Part shown: one piece after another, positions 36,301 through 49,394 of the stretch
Position numbering within the stretch: position 1 is the first letter of the stretch
Layout of the letters: every line of letters begins with the position of its first letter
Origin: Macrostomum lignano
Lineage: Eukaryota
DNA length: 64,000 nt
Direction: 5' to 3'
NCBI GenBank assembly: GCA_002269645.1
Contig: NIVC01002407.1
Coordinates: 62,001 to 126,000, forward strand
Position numbers and translations under genes: made by a program
Notes under the pieces: generated by a model
Databases searched by the model: none
What the model was told of the DNA's origin: nothing
Seen by the model: the letters and a program-made list of their open reading frames with translations, nothing else

Positions 36301-39300
36301 TAAGAAAATCTCGTTAAGAAAGTATCCCAAGTCCAGAAAATCTTTAAAAGCTACGAGTTAAATAGTTTTGTCTACTTGCAAGACTTACTGGTGGGAGGTT
36401 TGTAAAGGGAAGCACCATGTCTACGGGGGCAACCATAGCCTGGCCAGGAATGAGTAGCTACGTGGAATAAACAACGGTTATGACGCAAAAATTAACATAG
36501 AGTCCTAATTTTCTGAACGAAAAGCTTTATGAATATCGATAGAGCTATAAGAAAGGCACAACATATCAAAAGATGAACATTGGGTCTGCCTCCTATCAAA
36601 AGCAATAACAAATTTGTTCGAGCATTCGAGCAGACAACTGTCCAAAGAGTTAAGTGAAGCAGAAGCCCAAGCAAAAGCAGGGGAGCAGAAGCAGAGGCTG
36701 AGTATAGAAGTGCAAGGTGCAGAATGCTGTTCCCTGATGCACGCCATGACGCCAATCTCTTTAGCAGCAAACGACTATAGAGGCCGGGACTGCTGAGCTA
36801 TCAAAGTGTAATCTCCATCTTCTGTTGACTGTTTGCAGGACAAAGCAACTCCTCATGGTCTCCGTTGATTGCTGGAGAAAATGCTCAGTTAGCAAAAACA
36901 CACATATGTTCCTCAGTAAATCGATGCAGCTTTTAAATGTGTGTCATGCTGCGAATTCTGTCGCCTGAGGGATGTGTTTTTTCTGCTTCCTACGTGTGCA
37001 AACACTTTTATCGACAGGGCCGCGCCATTGAAAATTCTGCATCTGAGCTTTAGGAGAAGCAGGGACTACTCGAGTAGATGGACGGGAAACTACGTTTCTT
37101 GGAAAATTTTTGAGGCTTTTTTTTCAAAAAAATACATTACGGAGATAGGAGGTTTTCGTTTTTCTCGGCACAAAATTGTTATTGCTTTTGATAGGAGGGA
37201 GACCCAATGTTTATATTTTGACATGAGTTGCCTATCTTATTGCTCTATTGATATTCATAAAGCTTTTCGTTTAGAAGATTAGGATTCCATGTTAATTTTA
37301 AATCCTACGTACAATCGTACATGTATATGCACTGTGCCTAAAAATAAAAATATGGCACAGCTCGACTCATTGGTTTTTGAAATCGATTTTATCATTCTAG
37401 TTTAATGACAAACTGTGTAACTGAATGATAAAACAGACTTCTAAAACCAATGAGTTGAGTTGAGCCACTTTGAAATAATTTTTTTCCATGGAACATGTTT
37501 GATAGCATGTTAAGTAAATAATAAACGTCGTTTAATTCACATTCTGTGGTTGGAATGTCCGAGGCTGCATTTAATGGTCCCGAGGCGAGCAAAGCGAGCC
37601 GAGGACCATTGATTGTAGCCGAGGATATTCTAACCATAGACTATGGTGAATTAAGCGGCGTTTATCATATATGAACTTCGATATCTTATTTTTCGGGGGC
37701 ATCCCATCTGATTGATAGACATTATAGGCTTAGGCCATTTGATTCCGACCATAGACAAATCAAATACGTTTCTCACGAAGATGCAGTCACGAAGCAGCCA
37801 GTCAATCAGTGGTGGCAAAAAGTAAAAGCCAAATTCAGAGTCGCTTCTTCTTCAAAATAGAATCAAAAATACAATATGGAAGGCTTAGAAGACCTCAATT
37901 TTGACGCTTTTTTTGCTGCTGTCGGAATAGAGTCGACAACTCGAGCTTCTGCTGAGTCCCTGGACGAAGCTGCTCTAAAAAAAAGAATCGAAGAAAGTTT
38001 GCCTGCCGCTACCCGAGCGAAGGAAAAATGGGCAATGAAGTTATTTAATCTATGGAAGGAGACGCGCGTCAATCGTCAATTGGCAGGCGAAGAGTCGGGA
38101 CTTATGGTTCTCAAGCCAACCTCCTAATTAATATGATTAACCTCCTATCTCTGAATTTTGGTAAAACCTGCCTCCGAAAATTGTCCAAGAATCGTAGTTC
38201 CCTTCCTTCTACTTGAATAGTCCATTTGGACAAGGTGCTCGCGGGAACTCAAGTATATAGTTGGATCTCGGGAAAAGTGCAATTTTTATTCATACAAGAA
38301 AATCCTGACATGAAAATCTCGCGAGAAAAATTTATATTTTTATTCATTAAAAAACACGACATTCTCGCTTTCTAGAAAGAAAAAGGTTTTTTATTCTTAT
38401 TCATACCACCCAATGATTTCGATGCGTTGAATAAACAGCATATACAGTAGGGGCAATGGTTATCAAATTTGCATAGGTGCAATTGACTTCCACTTGTAAA
38501 AGTTCAGAAAAAAGATAAAAAACTCAGTTGGAATACATTCCGCGTGAAGCGACGCAACATAACTATATAATGTAAGGCCCATTGTGAATTTCTTATTGTT
38601 GGACCATCACAAAATCAAATGCGGTGTTTAATACAGCGTTACTAAGAACTCCACTTGGCAACAAAAACACTCCTTGGATTTTAACGTCTCAGCACTCCCT
38701 TCTCCTTGGCATCTCAACCTTCTCCTTGGCATCTCAACCTTCTCCTTGGCATCTCAACCTTCTCCTTGGCATCTCAACCTTCTCCTTGGCATCTCAACCT
38801 TCTCCTTGGCATCTCAACCTTCTCCTTGGCATCTCAACCTTCTCCTTGGCATCTCAACCTTCTCCTTGGCATCTCAACCTTCTCCTTGGCATCTCAACCT
38901 TCTCCGTGGCATCTCAACCTTCTCCTTGGCATCTCAACCTTCTCCTTGGCATCTCAACCTTCTCCTTGGCATCTCAACCTTCTCCTTGGCATCTCAACCT
39001 TCTCCTTGGCATCTCAACCTTCTCATTGGCATCTCAACCTTCTCCTTGGCATCTCAACCTTCTCCTTGGCATCTCAACCTTCTCCTTGGCATCTCAACCT
39101 TCTCCTTGGCATCTCAACCTTCTCCTTGGCATCTCAACCTTCTCATTGGCATCTCAACCTTCTCCTTGGCATCTCAACCTTCTCCTTGGCATCTCAACCT
39201 TCTCCTTGGCATCTCAACCTTCTCCTTGGCATCTCAACCTTCTCCTTGGCATCTCAACCTTCTCCTTGGCATCTCAACATTCTCCGTGGCATCTCAACCT

Positions 39301-42300
39301 TCTCCGTGGCATCTCAACCTTCTCCTTGGCATCTCAACCTTCTCCTTGGCATCTCAACCTTCTCCGTGGCATCTCAACATTCTCCGTGGCATCTCAACCT
39401 TCTCCGTGGCATCTCAACCTTCTCCGTGGCATCTCAACATTCTCCTTGGCATCTCAACCTTCTCCTTGGCATCTCAACCTTCTCCTTGGCATCTCAACCT
39501 TCTCCTTGGCATCTCAACCTTCTCCTTGGCATCTCAACCTTCTCCTTGTCATCTCAACCTTCTCATTGGCATCTCATCTCTCCCTTCTCCTTGGCATCTC
39601 AACCTTCTCCTTGGCATCTCAACCTTCTCCTTGGCATCTCAACCTTCTCCTTGGCATCTCAACCTTCTCATTGGCATCTCATCTCTCCCTTCTCCTTGGC
39701 ATCTCAACCTTCTCCTTGGCATCTCAACCTTCTCCTTGGCATCTCAACCTTCTCCTTGGCATCTCAACCTTCTCCGTGGCATCTCAACCTTCTCCTTGGC
39801 ATCTCAACCTTCTCCTTGGCATCTCAACCTTCTCCGTGGCATCTCAACCTTCTCCTTGGCATCTCAACCTTCTCCTTGGCATCTCAACCTTCTCCTTGGC
39901 ATCTCAACCTTCTCCTTGGCATCTCAACCTTCTCCTTGGCATCTCAACCTTCTCCTTGGCATCTCAACCTTCTCCTTGGCATCTCAACCTTCTCCTTGGC
40001 ATCTCAACCTTCTCCGTGGCATCTCAACCTTCTCCTTGGCATCTCAACCTTCTCCTTGGCATCTCAACCTTCTCATTGGCATCTCAACCTTCTCCTTGGC
40101 ATCTCAACCTTCTCCTTGGCATCTCAACCTTCTCCTTGGCATCTCAACCTTCTCCTTGGCATCTCAACCTTCTCCTTGGCATCTCAACCTTCTCCTTGGC
40201 ATCTCAACATTCTCCGTGGCATCTCAACCTTCTCCGTGGCATCTCAACCTTCTCCTTGGCATCTCAACCTTCTCCTTGGCATCTCAACCTTCTCCGTGGC
40301 ATCTCAACATTCTCCGTGGCATCTCAACCTTCTCCGTGGCATCTCAACATTCTCCGTGGCATCTCAACATTCTCCTTGGCATCTCAACCTTCTCCTTGGC
40401 ATCTCAACCTTCTCCTTGGCATCTCAACCTTCTCCTTGGCATCTCAACCTTCTCCTTGGCATCTCAACCTTCTCCTTGTCATCTCAACCTTCTCATTGGC
40501 ATCTCATCTCTCCCTTCTCCTTGGCATCTCAACCTTCTCCTTGGCATCTCAACCTTCTCCTTGGCATCTCAACCTTCTCCTTGGCATCTCAACCTTCTCA
40601 TTGGCATCTCATCTCTCCCTTCTCCTTGGCATCTCAACCTTCTCCTTGGCATCTCAACCTTCTCCTTGGCATCTCAACCTTCTCATTGGCATCTCAACCT
40701 TCTCCTTGGCATCTCAACCTTCTCCTTGTCATCTCAACCTTCTCATTGGCATCTCATCTCTCCCTTCTCCTTGGCATCTCAACCTTCTCCTTGGCATCTC
40801 AACCTTCTCCTTGGCATCTCAACCTTCTCCTTGGCATCTCAACCTTCTCATTGGCATCTCATCTCTCCCTTCTCCTTGGCATCTCAACCTTCTCCTTGGC
40901 ATCTCAACCTTCTCCTTGGCATCTCAACCTTCTCCTTGGCATCTCAACCTTCTCCTTGGCATCTCAACCTTCTCCTTGGCATCTCAACCTTCTCCTTGGC
41001 ATCTCAACCTTCTCATTGGCATCTCAACCTTCTCCTTGGCATCTCAACCTTCTCCTTGGCATCTCAACCTTCTCATTGGCATCTCAACCTTCTCATTGGC
41101 ATCTCATCTCTCCCTTCTCCTTGGCATCTCAACCTTCTCCTTGGCATCTCAACCTTCTCCTTGGCATCTCAACCTTCTCCTTGGCATCTCAACCTTCTCC
41201 TTGGCATCTCAACCTTCTCCTTGGCATCTCAACCTTCTCCTTGTCATCTCAACCTTCTCATTGGCATCTCATCTCTCCCTTCTCCTTGGCATCTCAACCT
41301 TCTCCTTGGCATCTCAACCTTCTCCTTGGCATCTCAACCTTCTCCTTGGCATCTCAACCTTCTCCTTGGCATCTCAACCTTCTCCTTGGCATCTCAACCT
41401 TCTCCTTGGCATCTCAACCTTCTCCTTGGCATCTCAACCTTCTCCTTGGCATCTCAACCTTCTCCTTGGCATCTCAACCTTCTCCTTGGCATCTCAACCT
41501 TCTCCTTGGCATCTCAACCTTCTCCTTGGCATCTCAACCTTCTCCTTGGCATCTCAACCTTCTCCTTGGCATCTCAACCTTCTCCTTGGCATCTCAACCT
41601 TCTCCTTGGCATCTCAACCTTCTCATTGGCATCTCAACCTTCTCCTTGGCATCTCAACCTTCTCCTTGTCATCTCAACCTTCTCATTGGCATCTCATCTC
41701 TCCCTTCTCCTTGGCATCTCAACCTTCTCCTTGGCATCTCAACCTTCTCCTTGGCATCTCAACCTTCTCCTTGGCATCTCAACCTTCTCATTGGCATCTC
41801 ATCTCTCCCTTCTCCTTGGCATCTCAACCTTCTCCTTGGCATCTCAACCTTCTCCTTGGCATCTCAACCTTCTCCTTGGCATCTCAACCTTCTCCTTGGC
41901 ATCTCAACCTTCTCCTTGGCATCTCAACCTTCTCCTTGGCATCTCAACCTTCTCATTGGCATCTCAACCTTCTCCTTGGCATCTCAACCTTCTCCTTGGC
42001 ATCTCAACCTTCTCCTTGGCATCTCAACCTTCTCATTGGCATCTCATCTCTCCCTTCTCCTTGGCATCTCAACCTTCTCCTTGGCATCTCAACCTTCTCC
42101 TTGGCATCTCAACCTTCTCCTTGGCATCTCAACCTTCTCATTGGCATCTCCTCTCTCCCTTCTCCTTGGCATCTCAACCTTCTCCTTGGCATCTCAACCT
42201 TCTCCTTGGCATCTCAACCTTCTCCGTGGCATCTCAACCTTCTCCGTGGCATCTCAACCTTCTCCTTGGCATCTCAACATTCTCCGTGGCATCTCAACCT

Positions 42301-43442
42301 TCTCCGTGGCATCTCAACATTCTCCTTGGCATCTCAACCTTCTCCTTGGCATCTCAACCTTCTCCTTGGCATCTCAACCTTCTCCTTGGCATCTCAACCT
42401 TCTCCTTGGCATCTCAACCTTCTCCTTGGCATCTCAGCCCATTTCCTTGGCATCTCAGCCCATATCCTTGGCATCTCAGCCCATATCCTTGGCATCTCAG
42501 CCCATATCCTTGGCATCTCAGCCCATATCCTTGGCATCTCAGCCCATATCCTTGGCATCTCAGCCCATATCCTTGGCATCTCAGCCCATATCCTTGGCAT
42601 CTCAGCCCATATCCTTGGCATCTCAGCCCATATCCTTGGCATCTCAGCCCATATCCTTGGCATCTCAGCCCATATCCTTGGCATCTCAGCCCATATCCTT
42701 GGCATCTCAGCATTCAGTGGCGAGTTCCTGACTCCCTGTCACTCACTTCTTTACTGTGAAGTCCAACTCGTTCCCGGCTCTGAGCACCTCGGCTTTGACC
42801 TGCGAGTGAGCGAATCCGGAACAATAGGTCTGATTGATTTTCACGATGACATCGCCTGGCTCCAGACCGCACTTGTGGGCCACGCTGTTGCGGGTGATCT
42901 GCGAGTGATGGGGTTGAGGGTGTCAGTGCTCTGGTTGAGGGTGTCAGTGCTCCGGTTGAGGGTGTCAGTGCTCCGGTTGAGGGTGTCAGTGCTCTGGTTG
43001 AGGGTGCCAGTGTTCCGATTGAGGGTGTCAGTATTCCGGTTGAGGGTGTCAGTGCTCTGGTTGAGGGTGTCAGTATTCCGGTTGAGGGTGTCAGTGCTCT
43101 GGTTGAGGGTGTCAGTATTCCGGTTGAGGGTGTCAGTGCTCTGGTTGAGGGTGTCAGTGTTCCGGTTGAGGGTGTCAGTGCTCTGGTTGAGGGTGTCAGT
43201 GTTCTGGTTGAGGGTGTCAGTGCTCTGGTTGAGGGTGTCAGTGTTCCGATTGAGGGTGTCAGTGCTCTGGTTGAGGGTGTCAGCGCTCTGCGGGTAGGTG
43301 TGTCAGAGACCTGGCCACCAACCTTGTGCACGAACACGGGCAGGTCAAAGTCGGTCCCACCCTGCAGCGCGAAGCCCCACGCCTTGTCGCTGGTGTACCT
43401 GCGAAGCGACACCACGGTGAGTAGGTCTTCCAGCTGGCTCAT
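33391..43442 (-). CDS. PDZ-only Zasp/PDLIM-like protein, 201 aa (exons 43442-43323, 42898-42747, 33912-33680, 33491-33391)
   Basis: The N-terminal PDZ is split over exons 1-2 (WGFALQGGTDFDLPVFVHK|ITRNSVAHKCGLEPGDVIVKIN...GNELDFTVK). The phase-2 and phase-1 GT-AG junctions close the frame (606 nt). Exon 3 has a Zasp-motif-like PVYKNVKPKTYQILESQL. No LIM exons seen. The exon 2-3 join spans 8.8 kb and is inferred. Confidence 0.78.
35487..36062. mobile_element. Charlie-like hAT MITE with about 400-bp CT-rich core
   Basis: Starts CAGGTCTCGGCAAACATGCGGCCC. Shares GGCCCTCGGGTCCTTT..AAATTCACA..TCAAGGTT.GTGTCTC..CTCAGCTC with 13051-13445. Right end degenerate, no TSD seen. Confidence 0.65.
36492..37295. 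mobile_element. Non-autonomous DNA element with about 125-bp imperfect TIRs, TTAA at both ends
   Basis: 36492-36616 is the reverse complement of 37171-37295 at roughly 85 percent identity by eye. Confidence 0.75.
37521..38127 (+). mobile_element. Crypton (CryptonV-like) relic: palindrome plus N-terminal DUF3504-like ORF fragment
   Basis: About 60-bp-arm imperfect palindrome 37521-37665 centred on CGAGGCGAGCAAAGCGAGCCGAGG. ORF 37876-38127 contains LPAATRAKEKWAMKLFNLWKETR, resembling the Crypton/KCTD1-family N-terminal helix motif. Family call is from recalled similarity. Confidence 0.5.
38694..42710. repeat. 20-bp satellite (38694-42430, about 185 copies) grading into a 21-bp repeat (42431-42710), in PDZ gene intron 2
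   Basis: TCTCAACCTTCTCCTTGGCA with recurrent 31-bp variants, then CATCTCAGCCCATATCCTTGG. Stop-free on the plus strand, which explains the 1300-1560-aa ORFs. Confidence 0.97.
42910..43290. repeat. 21-bp minisatellite in PDZ gene intron 1
   Basis: GGGTGTCAGTGCTCTGGTTGA repeats. Confidence 0.95.
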
Positions 43443-43882
43443 GCTGGCAGTGAGCTGCAATATTATGCCGAACTTTGCAAGGGATTTCTTCTGGAAGTGG
43501 GAAAAACTCGCATGTGTTTCTGAAGCCGGTTTTTATAATGCCAGCATCGATTGGCGCAGCTGGTTCCTGACTCTCTCCACCCTCTCCGCTTCGTCCGATT
43601 CTCCTGCACTCCAGCTGCGTAGGTGGCCCATAGACATTTCGCTCTGTTTGCACTTTAACTAGAAAAAATGCACAGCTGCCATGGCGGGTCGCTGAAGCCT
43701 CTCTGCCCCCTCCCCCTATTTCTTTCCTCTCCGCTCTGCTTCCCGTATGCGAATGGAAATGTCAAGCGCGAATCTACATGGACTACAGCACGCCACTGCT
43801 TAAGCAACAAAGTCGTCTTCCCAACCAGTTTTACAGCGGGCGAGCAAGTACTGCTTTGACTCTACATCCGGTGTCTTACTAA

Positions 43883-45550
<1,668 letters not shown>

Positions 45551-46337
45551 CCGTCCATTTAATAGTCATATTGAGTCTATTGAAAGAAAAATAGCAAGCT
45601 CATTGGCCTGATTGCAGGAGTCAGTCATGTGATCCGGTTCAGCCTCATGATTCAGCGCTCCACCTGCATCTGGGATGTAACAGTCCAGTAGGCTGGGAAG
45701 ATAATCCGGGAAAACACTGCCTGCCCCCTCCCCTAGACAAGTGCAGCTGCAGGCAGTGATACATGCCGCATAATACTGAGCCCCCTCCCTCCCCAATAAC
45801 GACACGTAGAAAATCATTAAAATTTAAGTGCCAGCATAAATTTTCCAACCCTCCTCCTACTGCTTTGCCCGTAGTTGCCATGGCAACTCAAGCATACCGA
45901 AAATGCCGTCCCCATATCTGCGTAGCATATAGATTCTAGAATCTAGATATATTGATGTTCATACGGCAGCGGAGCCCCCCCCCCATCTAACCATCACGAT
46001 AGCTTTTTTCTGCAATCGCCCGAGAGACCAACTAACGACGAGATTGTAAGTGTGAGAGAATTAGTGCGGCGTTACCACAAGGTCTATGGCTCTACCAGGG
46101 ACCTCTACAATTTATTATCATAGATGGATAAACAAATATCCAGGAATTCGCGGGTTGTCCATGGCCCAGACTAAGATAGGCTTTTAGCTTTGTACATCCG
46201 TTTGCTAGCATAGCACGACTAAAGCCATTGTTAATTTTTGTCAATCTAAGTGAGACAAAGGGTAAAAAAGATATTTGTAAAAAAGCTATCTATCTATCTT
46301 AGTATACTATGTTAGTGTTTCAACTTCAATGCTTGGC

Positions 46338-47228
46338 TATAATATAGTTCTTTGCAAGCCGTTTGATACTACGAGCAAGCAATTTAATAATCTGTGTGGA
46401 AATCCAGCGCTAAAAGATTGATTCCTCAGTACTCTATGGTCCAAAGCATAGGCTTTGGAGCCAGCAATTTAATAATCTGTGGAAATCCAGCGCAAAAAAT
46501 ATGGATTTCTCAGTACTCTATGGCCCAAGCCACGGGCTTTGGAGCAAGCAATTTAATAATCCGAGCACTCAATTAGTCATTTCTAGTGTCACGAGTGTCT
46601 CTTTAGCTACAGATAGACGCACGCATTCAAAATCGTAGAAGAAGAGGAAGCAAGATAGGGAGAACTTTGTCACCGCAGTTGAGACCTGCTTTTGCTAATT
46701 TTCTGCCCAATCAGTTTCGATTTCGTTTGCTCAGTTGTGCTCTGTTTTCTTTCTCAAAAACTGTTTGTGCTTTATTTTGCTTCGCTTCGCTGTGTGCGGC
46801 AATAGGGAAAGCGCGACCGCTACTTTTCGACACTTGTGCGAAAAGCCGACATGGTTTACTTAAATTTTGAGTTCAGTAGCTTAGGGACATAGACGCTATT
46901 TTTTGAGAATATGATAGAACTTTTCATGAATTAAGTAAAAAGCTACTTAATCAAACTAAGAATGATGCATGCACCGCAGAGACTACTGACGAAATTGAGT
47001 TCAGTAGTTGATTTTCGCGCTGTCGCGAGTTGCAAAATTTTTCACATTTGCTTCTTTGGCTACATAAGCGATTAATGAGTGGCCCATTATGTATAAATGA
47101 TCTTTGCTCCAAAGTCTATGGTTTGGACCATAGAGTACTGAGGAATCTATCTTTAGCACAGGGTTTCCCCACAGATTATTAAATTGCTTGCTCGTAATAT
47201 CCAATGGCTTGCAGAAAGCTATATTATA
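46338..47228. mobile_element. Non-autonomous TIR element with about 125-bp imperfect TIRs and a duplicated subterminal about 90-bp unit
   Basis: 46338-46462 is the reverse complement of 47103-47228 (GAGCAAGCAATTTAATAATCTGTG..GATTCCTCAGTACTCTATGGTCCAAA). No clear TSD. Confidence 0.65.
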
Positions 47229-47453
47229 CCACTTTACCTTCAATTTTGAACAAAGTCGAATTTCGATTCAAACGATATGAGGACAAAAGCTACATGCAAC
47301 CGATACGATGCAACCACATATAGCACTGGATTGTCTCAATCGAAGGTCTTGTAAGCTTGAATTGGATTCGACTTTGATAGGATAATTTCACAACTTAATA
47401 TGGCATATAATAAAAGCCACACCCTAACAGTTTACCAGAGCCACTGGTTGAAG

Positions 47454-48488
47454 ATGAAGAAGCCGGATGAAGCCTATCTTGTGCTGCTGCTGCTGCCGCT
47501 GATGCCAGTTTTGCTGCTCGGAGCCGTCACGGATCCAGCCGTTAACAAGACGCTCAAATTCCATCAATCTCCCGCCTGCCCTCCGGCCTCAGTCGTCACC
47601 TCAATGAAGCTCCAGGGAGTGAAGGCGCGGCAGACTTGCGCGGTGGAGTGCTCGCTGAGGTCCAACTGCGCCGTGTACAACTTTGTCAGCTCGTCCAGCG
47701 AGTGCCAGATGGGCAGCACGGCTGATCTGATTGGCAGCTGGACACCCAACGAAAGTTCGCCCTGCACCAGCCAGCTGAACCCGCGCCTGCCGGGAATTCT
47801 CACCTTCCGAGCCAACTTGTTGGCCTTTCTGGACTTTCGCGTCGGCCAGGACAACCTGATTGGCGGCACTCAGTTCAAGGTGTCCCAGTCCTCGCCGGGA
47901 GTTGTCTACAGTTCAAGCCAGGGTGCCGTGTTCCCGACTCTAGATTCCACTGGCGCCTCCAACTACATCGAGCTGGACAAGCAAGGCAGCGAGACCATCG
48001 CCAACCTACTCGGACGTAACAAGATCTTCACCGTGTACGCTCGGATCAGCCGGCAGGCAGGGACAACACCGCAGTCAGTTTACACTCTGACCGACTGCAA
48101 TACCTACGCTGAAAAGCGAGGCGGTCTGTCCGTTGAGAGCAGTCGAGCTGTCGTGTACAACAGCCTCACCTCTCCGGACGAAGTCAAGGCCAAACAGAGC
48201 GCACAGACATTCACCAGTACGTATGGCGAAACCAGCATTGACACTTCAATTGGAGCCGTGTTCAAAACTAACGAGTTCACCAGCGCCTTTGTCAACGGAG
48301 TTGCGAGCGAAGTCGAAGCGTTGACTGTTAGCAGCGTGCCAACTTTCAAGGGCGCCCCAGAGTGCATCCGCCTGGGCTTCAGTCCCGAAGCTAACAAGGG
48401 GCTGGTTGGCCGCTACATCTGCTTCGCCATCGTGAAAGCCGAGCTTACAGCCGCGGAGTTCTCTGAGCTCGATGCTCTCTGTGGCTGA
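47454..48488 (+). CDS. Intronless secreted protein, PAN/apple domain plus LamG/concanavalin-like domain (344 aa)
   Basis: Hydrophobic N-terminus LVLLLLPLMPVLLLGA. Six-Cys apple pattern C..CAVECSLRSNCAVYNF..ECQMG..C, followed by a beta-rich region with four Cys. GC-rich codon usage against AT-rich flanks. The second-domain assignment is tentative. Confidence 0.8.
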   Translation: MKKPDEAYLVLLLLPLMPVLLLGAVTDPAVNKTLKFHQSPACPPASVVTSMKLQGVKARQTCAVECSLRSNCAVYNFVSSSSECQMGSTADLIGSWTPNESSPCTSQLNPRLPGILTFRANLLAFLDFRVGQDNLIGGTQFKVSQSSPGVVYSSSQGAVFPTLDSTGASNYIELDKQGSETIANLLGRNKIFTVYARISRQAGTTPQSVYTLTDCNTYAEKRGGLSVESSRAVVYNSLTSPDEVKAKQSAQTFTSTYGETSIDTSIGAVFKTNEFTSAFVNGVASEVEALTVSSVPTFKGAPECIRLGFSPEANKGLVGRYICFAIVKAELTAAEFSELDALCG

Positions 48489-48529
48489 GCAGCTTGATTG
48501 AGACTTAGTTGATGGACTGACGTTTGGGT

Positions 48530-48682
48530 TTGGTGGCTGAGTATCATGAGGCTTTGGTGGCTGAGTATCATATGGGTTTGGTGGCTGAGTATCATATGGG
48601 TTTGGTGGCTGAGATCATATGGGTTTGGTGGCTGAGATCATATGGGTTTGGTGGCTGAGATCATATGGGTTTGGTGGCTGCT
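48530..48682. repeat. 23-24-bp minisatellite just after the stop codon
   Basis: GGGTTTGGTGGCTGAG(T)ATCATAT repeats. Confidence 0.9.
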
Positions 48683-49394
48683 CATGTATGTCTTGCATGG
48701 CTTGCATTGCATGTCTTGCTCATGTACGTGGTTCTGTTATTGAAGTTCAACTGGTGAAGCTCTGATATTAACAAATATTTTACCGTCAATAGAAGTTCTA
48801 AAAATATTTTCAGCTTTCTTCTAAAGCAATTTTCATTTTATGTCACACGTATTTTTAAAAACCTGTCCCTACGAATTCTTTACCTTAATAGAACAGGATA
48901 TTTTATTATTCAAAAATTTTCTCACCTTGTTACTTTCTCGCATTGTCTAAAAAGGCCGAAATGTTGCAAGTTCATAAGATTTTTAATCATAATCCAGCTT
49001 ATGATTTAATAACATGTTTTGTAATTGTTGTGTTAATAACTATTAGTTTATTAACTTAGCATATAGCACCCTGTTTCGCGAGCGTGTTCGCACAAGATCT
49101 TTAGTTTTTTTGCGTTTCTCTATCTATCTATTCTGGTATATCTAAAATTATTTGATTAATTTCATAATATTAACTGTGCTATATGCTTCGCACAATTTGA
49201 AGAGTTGCTTAAACAAATTAAATAAGACAGTGTCATAAATTTTCCCTAGATTGTGTGCAGTCTGCTTTAAACTTTGACCACTTAAAATATAGCTTTTTAT
49301 AATTGCATCGGTAGCTATTCAATGAGTTGAGCTACATGCATATGCAAGGACTACTAGACGAAGTGTTCCTAGTGGTCCTTGTGCATATGATGCA

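Noticed and set aside
38624-43297. 1341-1557-aa ORFs in three plus frames
   Set aside because: They result from a stop-free 20/21-bp satellite lying antisense inside PDZ-gene introns; no domain content.
42899-43322. Mucin-like PSTRALT repeat protein from read-through of PDZ intron 1
   Set aside because: The 424-nt intron has good GT-AG ends and its removal restores a complete PDZ domain; retention would frameshift exon 2.
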